A stretch of 64,000 nt of DNA, taken from Octopus vulgaris (Eukaryota). The notes below the pieces were generated by a model, which was not told the origin of the DNA, ran no database searches, and saw only the letters and a list, made by a program, of their open reading frames with translations. Where the stretch lies: contig OX597821.1 in the NCBI GenBank assembly GCA_951406725.2, positions 55,862,001-55,926,000 on the forward strand. The letters run 5' to 3'. This document shows, in pieces, positions 53,531 to 64,000 of this stretch. The translations under genes were made by a program, and so were the position numbers. The number at the start of each line of letters is the position of its first letter. The stretch's first letter is position 1.

Positions 53531-53830
53531 TTCATCATCATCATTTCATTTAGCGTCCGCTTTCCATGCTAGCATGGGTTGGACGGTTCAACTGGGGTCT
53601 GGGAAGCCAGAAGGTTGCACCAGGCCCAGTCTGATCTGGCAATGTATCTACAGCTGGATGCCCTTTCTAACGCCAACCACTCCGTGAGTGTAGTGGGTGG
53701 TTTTTATGTGCCACCGGCACAGGTGCCAGCCGGGGCTGGCAAACGGCCACGGTCGGATGGTGCTTTTTACATGTCACTGACACAGGGGCCAGGCGAGGCT
53801 GGCAACGGCCACGATCGGATGGTGCTTATG
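53531..53830 (-). mobile_element. RTE LINE 3' UTR fragment
   Basis: (TCA)n tail followed by ccgctttccatgct...ggatgccctttctaacgccaacc; resembles the end of the 57030-58606 element. Confidence 0.75.
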
Positions 53831-53899
53831 CACATGTACTGATGTATATATATACAAGAGTGTATATGCATGAGAGAGTGTGTGTGTGTGTATGTGTTC

Positions 53900-54135
53900 A
53901 TGTAGGCACTTGTATCTGTGTATGGTTGTGGTTAGAAGTTTGTTACTCAACCACACAATGCAACCCTGAACCAGCCAAATCCTCATGAGAGGATTTGGTA
54001 CACAAAAACAGAAAGGAGCCCGTCATGTATATACCTGAGTGTGTGTGGCTTTGTGCCAGTGTCTGTCCTCGCTAATAGGCTAAAAAAATAAGTATTGGGG
54101 TCAATTCATTCAACAAAAAACTCTGTATTACATGG
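53900..54135 (+). mobile_element. Old degraded SINE family A copy
   Basis: Remnants gaggatttggtacac, gaaaggagcccgtc, aataagtattggggtcaattc. Confidence 0.6.
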
Positions 54136-54139
54136 CTAC

Positions 54140-55900
54140 AGTAAGGAAAGTGGTCAAAGGAGCCAGGGACCAAACAGAATACCCTACCTGTTGTTCAAAA
54201 ATTAATATGGTCAGCATGGAAGAACTTGAAGATCAGCGACCAATGGATGAAAGCCAAAAGAATATACTTTCCGAAAGAGCAGAATTCAAGTGACATCAGC
54301 CAATTAAAACCAACATCACTTCTGTATGTTGAGGGAAGAATCTAACAGGCAGCAAGAGTAAATAAATATCTTACAAAGAATTAGTACTTGGATATGTCAG
54401 TTCAGAAGGGAAGCATCCCTAGAGTGTTGGGTTGTGTAGAACATGCCTCAATGACTTGGGAGATGATCCAAAGAGCTAGGGCAGAGAGGAGAGATCTTGA
54501 GGTGATACATCTCAATCTGGTGAATACTTAGGGTTCAGTCGCACACAAAATGATTCAACTAGCTCTTGTGATCTATCATCTTTCAAAAAATATCCAAGAA
54601 GTGAAGTATTTCATGGTTTCTCTTGCAATTCTCCACCAAAGAGTACATACCACCTGGATCAATTCGGAAGTTGGCATAACAACGGAATGTACAATCTCCC
54701 CTGTATTGTTTGTGTTGGCAATGGAGGTCGTCCTGAAAGCAGCAACGGGATGGTCAGTTTCAGCAAAACTTGGAGAGGATTTCAGATGCCACTTCTAAAA
54801 GCCTTTATGAGCAACACTACAGTCCTTTCCAGAAAGGAGGATGAAACATGCAAGATGCTGAAACAGTTGAACAAAGTTGTTGCGTCTTCTAGAACGAGGT
54901 TCAAACCAAGGAGATTCCAGAGCCTCACTCTATGGTAAGGTAAATTAGTATAAATAGCCATGTTCACATTGGGAGAAGAGCCAGTCAAAAGCTTCACAAG
55001 GTGGTATGACAAAACTTTGAAAGATATGGAAAGAGCAACTGAAACCAACCTAATGGTGGTAAAAGATCTGCAGCTCATAGACTAGTGTGGCTTTTCTGGC
55101 AAAAACAATGTTTAGTGTTTGCAGCTCAGGTCAATCCCAAAGATTCTCTGATCTCTGTTGATTTATGATATCAGCACTAGCACAGTGGAAGACATGGAGG
55201 CCAAAATCAACAAGTACACAAAGAAGTGGTTTGCTATCCTACCAGTTCTTACTAATGTCGCACTCTACTATTGCCAAGCTAAGCTTCTCATGTTCATCGT
55301 AAGAGGAATAGAAAGTCGGAAAAGTAAGACTCTTAACCATGCTTGAAAACTCGAAAGACAAGGTTGTGAGATCGATCAACCCCAAACTGAAGACAGGAAA
55401 TGAGAAGTCCAGAAGGTGGTGGATGTAGGAAAGGAAAGCTTTACAATCAGAGAACTAGTGGGACACACTCAGGCAAATCAACAGAGACTAGGCATAACAA
55501 AACTGGAATGTTGGTTAGAGGCCAGAAGAGGGATCTTATTCTTTTGGAGGTGAAAAGGAAGTGGATGCCACAAAAATACGGAAGGCAGTACAGCAGAGCC
55601 AAGAGTGCCAGTAGACAACATGGCAAGCTGCACTCCAGAAGTGTCTCAGCTGGAACAACTTGTGGTACATAACACCTCTTAGAATAAATTTTATTCTCAT
55701 ATCTATGATCTCCTGCTTTCAAATGCAAACCTAGTGAAGTAGGCAAATCATATAATCCTAAGTGCTTACTCTGCCAAGGTAGACTGACAATGGAACATGT
55801 TCTGAGCTCTTACAGAGTAGCACTAGCCCAAGGAATATACATTTGAAGACACAATCAAGTGCTTAAGGAGATCATACATATGATAAGTATGGCAAGGGTA
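54140..55900 (+). mobile_element. Decayed HERO-clade (RLE) non-LTR retrotransposon
   Basis: VQKGSIPRVLGCVEH...DLEVIHLNLVNT*GSV, GITTECTISPVLFVLAME, LKAFMSN (FMDD site), CLLCQ...EHVLSS...ALAQG...RHNQVL zinc knuckle. Confidence 0.82.
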
Positions 55901-57029
55901 ATGTCAGTACCGTGCAAGAGGTATTCTTTGTTTCTAGTCTTCCAATTAATCAACTCTGAGCATAATGAAAATTTATCTTAATTGGAAGCAGGTGAAGATA
56001 AGCAATGGGAATGGTATCTGGTTATACAAAATCTGTCTGATCCATGTATGGAAATGTAAAATATTTCATATATATATTATATGGATGATTACATTTTCAA
56101 CCGAGATGTTACAACTGTATCTGATTGTTAAAGTGATACAATTCTGTGTATGTACATATATTTACTCAATTGCTGATTTTATCAACGGCTTCGCCCATTG
56201 TTTTCATGCACTAATTTCTTTTATTAAATAAAACTGTCAACATTCTTGACAACACAAGTTATGATAGTAGAGAATAAATTACCCTCAGTAACTATCTGCA
56301 AGATGAATTACTGATTGATGATATTGAGAGGAAGTAGGAGTTAGCATTTTGAAAATCGGTTGATTTTCTGTGTAGAAAAAACAATAAAAAAGAATCTATG
56401 TTTAAAACAAAAATCTTACATGTATTATGTTAATTTTTCACAAAATAAATAAAATTACTAAATAATATTATTAATAACACACTGAGGGAAAATGGTGGTG
56501 GTGGGAACAAGATAAAAGAATAATTAATAGCTTAATAATTTTGGGGGAGGAAAACCATGCTAAAACTCAAATGTTATCATGGAAGCACTTACTGTGGTCA
56601 CTTTGGGACAGTTCCACTTAAATAAGAATAACTGGCTGATAGTATTAAGATATGACATAACAAACTCTTGTATTTGAGACATTAAATTAAATAACAATAG
56701 CTACTGGATAACATGATCTGTGATAATAACAAACAGCTTTCACCATACCTCAGCCATAAAAATCAAAGAGAACAATTAAGGAAGAGCAAATGTATTAATA
56801 TGATGCATATCTTGTGTTGCTGTAAATATCTTTGTTGCGACAGAAATGCCTTTATTTATTGTTAAGATTAAACTCCTCAGAGAATTTTACAAGTTTTTAA
56901 CAATAGGATCACAGAATGCATATTCCCAGAGTCACTGAGGTCAATGTAATTCCTGACTGCTGATTCAGTACTCACTTTTTATCCAGGTTTTAACTTGAAA
57001 CTTCTCTTAAATGACATTAAATGCAAATA

Positions 57030-58606
57030 CACTATATCTATTTATGATGGTAAAGCAACTGCAGGAGAAGCATTTAACCAAAAATAAACCTCTTTACTTG
57101 GCTTTTGTAGACTTGGAGAAAGCCTTTGACGGGATCCCTTGCTCCCTCATCTGGTGGTTAATGCGGATGCTCTGTATCTATGAGTGGTTGGTGAGAGCTG
57201 CACAAGCCATGTACAGAGATGATGTTAGTAAGGTGAAGGTCAGCAATGAGTATAGCATGAATATAGTGTATTAATAGATGTTCACAAAGGATTGATTTTC
57301 AGACCCTTCTTGTTTTTATTATAGTCCGCCAGGCCATAAAAGAGGAATTCAAGATTGGCTGCACTTGGGAGCTCCTCTATACTGATGACCTTGTTCAAAC
57401 TAGAGAGGAAATTTCAAGTGTGGAAGCAAGGTCTGGAATCTAAGGGCCTTCAAGTTAATTTAGCAAAGACCAAAGTCCTAATAAAGAGAAAAACATACAA
57501 ATCACAAATCTCTTCAGAGAGATGGCCCTGCTTGATATATCAGAAAGGTGTACATAGAAACTCCATACAGTGTACCCAGTGCAAGCTATGGACACATAAG
57601 ACACAAACTTAAGAGAGTGGTATCATAGGAAGGTTAACAGAGAGAGTAGTCTTAGTGTGTGGTAGATGTGTGAGTACTGTAAATACTAAGAATGAAAAGA
57701 AAATAGATTTCATCAAATGGCTGGGGGAGGGATCCTTAGAAGTAGTAGATATCTTTTGCTAACTAGACAACCAAGTAAGCAGTGAAGGAGGAAGTTTTGA
57801 AAGCACAACTGCTAGAATAAGAATGGACTGGGTAAAGTTCAGAGTTACTATCTATGTTGGTAACAAAGGGAATCTCACTCAGAGTAAAAGGCAGACAGCA
57901 TGATGCCTGTGTATGTACAGCTATACTGCATGGCAGTGAAACACAGGCTATGACTACAGAGGACCTGAGAAGGCTCGAAAGAAATGAAGCCAGCATGCTC
58001 TGCTAAATGGGTAATGACTGTAGGCATGTACGACAGAATGTAAATGATTTAAGAGAAAAATTGGGCATATGAGGCATCAGATGTTGCATACAAGAGAGAA
58101 GAGCTCATTGGTATGGTGATGTGATGTGTATGCTATAATCAAGAAGTGCCAATCTCTAATTGTGGAGGAAATACATGGGACAAGGTTGTGAGAAAGGATC
58201 TCCAACATTGAGCCTGAGATGATGAGGGACCAAGACATACAGTGATTTGCTGTGCTTGAGAAGAAACATCAAGCTAAGTAAAACTCTGGCCATCCATGGA
58301 TACAGGCAAGTCCTTGCACACAGGTGCAATATAAAAAGCACTAGTGACAGCACCATGTAAAGCACACTAATGCTGGACCATGTAAGAAGTACTCATGCTG
58401 GTGCCACATAAGAAGCACTTGTGCCAGTACTATGTCGAAGTCACTTGTACTGGCACCACATAAAAGCACCAGTGCTGGTACCACATAAAAAGCACTCAAT
58501 ACACAGTGGACAATGGACAAATGGAGCCTGGGAAGCTCTCTGACTGGTCAGCTAGTGTCAAACCATCCAACCCCTGGAAAGCAGATGTTAAATGATGATG
58601 ATGATG
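57030..58606 (+). mobile_element. Decayed RTE LINE (RT, 3' UTR, (GAT)n tail)
   Basis: QLQEKHL...LAFVDLEKAFD, VNLAKTKV; same family as 62349-64000; tandem gtgccacataaaagcac repeats in the UTR. Confidence 0.9.
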
Positions 58607-59279
58607 AACCTAACAAACAGGAATCAAATTCAAAAGATGATGTTGGCGATTTCACAAATTATGTAAATACAGATATAGTCATAAGAAAAACAAAACAATA
58701 TGAAACAAATCTGGCATCCTAACATTTTTAGTATTAAATGTACCAAGATAGAGAACAGGGGAAGCCGCAGTACTTAGAGATGATAGAATAAACCACAAAA
58801 TTTCCAAACCAGTGTAAATTTGAAAAATCAGCTGAGGAGACACATCTGCACCTATAATGCATGACAATTGTACAGCATCTCACCTGTGAGGTATGGGTGC
58901 CGGATGAATCAAAAGAATTGTAGTGAATTCCATTTCCTATCTCTTATCTTTTTAATATTCTTTAATTCTCTCTCTCTGATGATGGAATAGTTAGCAATAA
59001 AACCATAAAAACATATTTCAAGCCTCTTGATTCCCCACACTTCTATGTCTGTCCACTAAGAATTCTTCGGTTTTTGAACTTGGAGTTAATTATTACCAAA
59101 ACACACATTCGTCTACCCACACAAACTGATATACACACACACACACACACTGATACATATACACTTTGAAACTCAATACCACATATTGAGACATACATGA
59201 TATAGACACATACATTGTTATATATACTCATTTATACATACATACCCTCATATTCTCTCTCTTTCTTTCTTTGCATAGC

Positions 59280-61412
59280 CAGGTTAGGGTGATGCTGTGA
59301 GGGAGGAACAAAGCAAAACAGATATCATCACTGAACAAATGTGAGATGAAGGAGAACAACAGCAGCAAAGCAAAGATCCACCAGGAGAAATAAAAGAAAC
59401 CAAAGATGAAAATGAAGACACAGCAAGCAGGCAAGTAGAAAATGGACGTGAGCCCAGTGTGAGTGCAGAAACAAAAGGTAAGAAGAAATAGAACTTGTGA
59501 AGACAGAGTTTCTGGAAACAAGAAAGCCAAACCAGACTGCAAGTTCTATGCAAAAGGTACCTGCTGGCATGGGGACATTTAGACAGACTGTAGATTTGCT
59601 CATCCCAAGTCCCATGTGAGTGGTACTGATTTCATTCACACCAAAGACATAGGGTCAGGTCACAAGATATGATGTCACAGCCATGGAACTAAGTGGATGG
59701 TGCTTGCACTGCTCATAACTACCTCTGACACTACTGCATATATCAAACCAGAGGCCACTACTGACATCTTATATGTCACACCTGCATTCCTGCTGAGTTG
59801 GATGGAAGCACTCCGTCGGTTACGACGATGAGGGTTCCGGTTGATCCGAATCAACGGAACAGCCTGCTCGTGAAATTAACGTGTAAGTGGCTGAGCACTC
59901 CACAGACACGTGCACCCTTAACGTAGTTCTCGGGGATATTCAGCGTGACACAGAGAGTGACAAGGCCGGCCCCTTGAAATACGGGTACAACAGAAACAGG
60001 AAGTAAGAGTGAGAGAAAGTTGTGGTGAAAGAGTACAGCAGGGATTACCACCATCCCCTGCCAGAGCCTCGTGGAGCTTTTAGGTGTTTTCGCTCAATAA
60101 ACACTCACAACGCCCGGTCTGGGAATCGAAACCGCGATCCTATGACCGCGAGTCCGCTGCCCTATCCACAGGGCCATTGCGCCTCCACTCCTGCTGAGTA
60201 TCAGGTGCCTCATAATGTCCCACCAATGCAAACCTGACAAACTTAGTAACATATAATCAAGCAATATGCATGGCACTAACAAAAACACATCTGAACACTG
60301 ACATATCAGAAGCCGAGATATACATACCAAAATAAGTCTTATTTCAAACTGACAGGATAGAAAGGACTCACAGTGGAGTAGCAATGTAGATCTGGGAAGA
60401 TGTCAAGCCTGTAGCTCTGCTGTCACACTCAAACTGTAACATTCTGGTGGTATACATTAAACAGATGAAAATAGTAATATGTACAACATATCACTCACCA
60501 GATGCTTCAAATCATGGGGACTCATTTGAAGAGATCCACAAAAAGATGGAAGTGTTAAACAATGTTGATGACAACCTTCACAACATACTAATTATGGAGC
60601 AAACAGAGCACCACCCAACAAGAGGTAAAAATGTCCTGGACCTCTGCTTCACAAACAACACAGTAGACATCCATAATCTTAAGCAGACACCAACGATTGA
60701 CTTGGACCATAACTTAAGAGAGCTGACAATGTCTGGTTTGCAGAAAACTGCAGGCCTGCAGGCTACTAAGAATGCCCAATTCAACTCCTCTCCAGCCTGA
60801 AATTTCATAAGACTAATTGGAAACAAAACTGATCATACAGCCTCTTAATGCAAGATATTAACATAAACCTACAACACTTTATGGCAATCATGCATGACAT
60901 ATGCAGTAAGTTTGCTTTAGAAAGAATGCAAAACCAACAGAAAAATAATTCTCAGGAACAGGAGGATTCTACTGATGAACAAAAGTCTCAAGCCGTCTAA
61001 ATGAGCCACTAAAAGATAAGAAGAAGATCCTATCTTAAACCAACATTGCTCAAGACCAAAAATGAACTCAAAAAATCTCATGAAAAGGAGAGGGCAGACA
61101 AAAATATAAAGACAAACCCTAAAGACTTCTATAGATTTCTAAAAGAGTCTAATTCAATACGGTACAAGATAGGGCCACTGCTCAAGGACTGCAGACCCCC
61201 AGAGGGTAAGTGAAATACTGTACATGCAATACAAGAATGTTGGGACAACTCCAATTGGACACTTGCAAATAGCTATGCCTGATGAGTTCTTCTGTTCAAC
61301 ACAAAGAAATGACAATTATTGGTAATATCAATCTAGAGGAGAGTGATGTAATATCAGCCATTGATGAAATGAGCTCAAACTGAGCCACAGGCCCTGATGG
61401 ATTCCCAGCAAT
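59280..61412 (+). mobile_element. Decayed CR1-group LINE: ORF1 with CCCH finger, APE endonuclease, start of RT
   Basis: CKFYAKGTCWHG...CRFAHP; PTRGKNVLDLCFTNN; NFHKTNW; GPDGFPA; interrupted by a SINE C copy. Confidence 0.72.
59799..60188 (-). mobile_element. tRNA-derived SINE, family C, with 11-bp TSD
   Basis: TSD tcctgctgagt at 59788-59798 and 60189-60199. Confidence 0.93.
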
Positions 61413-62340
61413 CTTTGTATGCTGTCTCATAAGAACTTCCCTCTCCCTGAGAATTTTGTGCATATATGTGGTGGCCTTTCTCATTGGGACAATCCTGTAG
61501 CATATGGATTGAATTGCAGATATGAATTCGTTGAGTCTCAAGACGACGTCAGATGTAGAGAGACACTGAGGCCAATACTATTGGATGAGCTCTTTTTCAA
61601 TCGATTTCCAGTCAGCTTTATTGAAGCTCAGATTGGATACATTTTGGGTGCTTTTCATAGACTGCATGTCTGTGGGTTCACTTGGTACACGTTCTATTAA
61701 ATTGTGATTGATGCCACTTTCACATTATGAATGAGATCAATACTGTTTGTGAAACAGATCAAGCAGAGATATTGTTTGCCCTGGTTAGAACTACTTGCTC
61801 CATGTATAATGTGTTGGTAAGGTTGAGCAGGGATTCTACTTGTCTTTGTTCATACATCATTCGTGAGAGGAAAAGGCCTTCAGGTCATCCTACACTGGGC
61901 AAGTTGAAATCTTCAATGAAAAGAACAATGATGTGCTGTTCTAATTTGGTTTGAACCATTTTTTTTAATTTTGCAAGGTTTTGAATAGGCCTGTCTGATC
62001 TGGAGCATATGGTGGGCCATAAGTAATACATATAACTATATCAAATTGTCTTAAATGAACAATCAGTGTGTCACACACCGAGTTTGAGTATGAGTAAAGG
62101 ATCTGTGGTGTGAGGTCTTCATGGATGTACATTGCAACTCCACCATGACTCCTGTCTTTTCTGTTGTTTCACAATATAACATACTTTGGTACATGTATTT
62201 CTGCATCAGTGATGTCAGGTTTTAGGTGTTTCAATGAGTGCTATGCATAAGGCTTCATTGCATGCCACAAGGTCTCTCAGAGAGAGAATTTTGGTTTGGT
62301 TACTGAGTTGTAACAGTCTTCTAATGTTTAGAAAGAATAT
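61413..62340 (-). mobile_element. Decayed CR1-group LINE endonuclease/linker fragment
   Basis: IALIET...DAEIHVPKY...RSHGGVAMYI, DFNLPSV, FNKADWKSIE. Confidence 0.75.
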
Positions 62341-62348
62341 TAATATAA

Positions 62349-64000
62349 TATCTCACCTCTCACCTAGTCACCTACTGTTCTGGCAGACACACTAGCCAGA
62401 TTGACTACATCCTCGCCAGAAAGAGGGAAAGAGGGCTGCTTATAAATGCCAAAACCTTCCCAGGCGAAGAATGTACCCCTCAACATAGATTAGTAGTTAG
62501 CAACTTCAGGATCAGAGCTAAATGGTTGCCCAGAAGAAGACCAGCTTGGAGGAGAAGGGTCTGGAAGCTTAAAGATCCTGCAAATGGACAGAGATTTAGA
62601 GACATACTACTCGAAGCCTTTGACGAAATAGAAGGGGATATAGCTTCACTTAATGTGGAAGACAACTGGAAATTTCTACGGGACAATCTTATCTGTGGAT
62701 GGAGCAAAGTCACATCTCGACCCAGAGTAACGTGGTGGTGGAATAATGTGGTTGACAGGGATATTAGACAAAAGAAACAGGCTTGGAGGGACTGGAAGAA
62801 CGGTGGTAGCAGGGAATTGTATCAGACAGCCAAAAGGGAAGCTAGGAGACAGGTTTATTTAGCTAGAGGGGAAGCAGATAAGAAAAAATTTGCCAATGTT
62901 CTGCGCCGTGAGGATGAAAGACTTGGGGTATTTCGTGTTGCAAGACAGTGTGTGAGAGAGAATCGTGATGTGGTAGGAGAGAAATGTGTCCGCATGGATG
63001 ATGGTTCACTTGCGCTAAATGAGGATGGAAAGAGAGAGGTTTGGAGATGCCGCTATGAAAGGTTGCTGAATAAAGAAAATGAATGGGATAAAGAGAGTCT
63101 GCCGAATGTCAACCCAACAGAGGGACCAACCATCCGAGTTGACAATTCGTTGGTAGTTAAGGCAATTAGAAGCATGAAGACAGGGAAAGCCCAAGGCCCA
63201 TCAGGAATTGCTGCAGAGATGCTCAAAATATCTGGCAGTGTCGGCTATAACCTAGTCACCCGTATAGTTAACCAGGTGATACACGAAGGAGTCATACCCA
63301 ATGACTGGTGTAGCAGCATAATAGTCAACAGCTACAAAGGTAAAGGAGGCGCCCTAGATACAAATAATTACAGAGGTATCAAGCTGTTGGATCAGGTAAT
63401 GAAGGTTACAGAGAGGGTCATAGCCCAACTCATTAGGGAGAAAGTCAACTTGGACAAGATGCAGTTTGGTTTCATGCCAGGGAAAAGCACCACTGATGCC
63501 ATATTTCTGGTGAGACAGCTGCAGGAGAAATACCTAGCCAAAGATAAAACTCTGTACCTGACTTTCGTTGACATGGAGAAAGCCTTTGACAGGGTCCCCC
63601 GATCCCTTATCTGGTGGTCAATGAGGAAACTAGGGATAGATGAATGGCTGGTGAGAGCTGTGCAAGCCATGTACAGGGATGCCGTAAGTAAGGTTAGGGT
63701 TGGCAACATGTACACAGAAGAATTCAAGGTAGAGGTTGGGGTCCACCAGGGTTCAGTCCTCAGCCCCCTCCTATTTATCATAGTCCTCCAGGCAATTACG
63801 GAGGAATTCAAGACAGGTTGCCCCTGGGAGCTCCTCTATGCTGACGACCTTGCTCTAATTGCTGAGTTACTATCAGAACTAGAGGAGAAGTTCCGGGTGT
63901 GGAAGGAGGGATTAGAATCAAGGGGCCTTAGCGTCAACCTAGCTAAAACCAAAGTACTAATAAGTAGGAAGGTAGATAAACCACAAATGTCTTCAGGAAG
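62349..64000 (+). CDS. RTE-clade LINE ORF (APE C-terminus plus reverse transcriptase), 5'-truncated and running off the window end
   Basis: One frame from 62349 with no stop seen: SQIDYIL, QHRLVV, NYRGIKLL, QFGFMPGKSTTDAIF, FVDMEKAFDRV, GVHQGSVLSPLLF, LLYADDL. Confidence 0.95.

Noticed and set aside
63392-63811. 139-aa minus-strand ORF
   Set aside because: Antisense shadow of the RTE reverse transcriptase frame

Overview
AT-rich, microsatellite-dense eukaryotic (animal) DNA. The SINE families and the density of (TA)n/(TG)n/(AAT)n tracts suggest an octopod cephalopod; this is inferred from recalled repeat sequences, not from a search. Most of the window is transposable-element debris: at least six Penelope-like (GIY-YIG) fragments, three to four tRNA-derived SINE families, mariner/Tc1 relics, HERO, R4/Dong, CR1-like and L1/Tx1-like LINE relics, and a young RTE LINE whose frame is open to the window end. 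Two tandem Helentron/HINE-like elements are present, one carrying a 3.9-kb 22-23-bp satellite. The only convincing host coding sequence is a minus-strand terminal exon (51399-50965) that begins with an EJC-binding-motif-like sequence (UPF3-like). The most striking signal is a cluster of about ten type I hammerhead ribozyme motifs between 13 and 41 kb. These include compensatory A3-U8 and U3-A8 core variants, a 403-bp ORF-less retrozyme-like repeat, and several fold-back palindromes (60 bp to 2 kb) built from ribozyme-bearing Penelope termini next to (TA)n. Nearly all listed ORFs are artefacts of repeats. Coordinates were read by eye and element ends are approximate.
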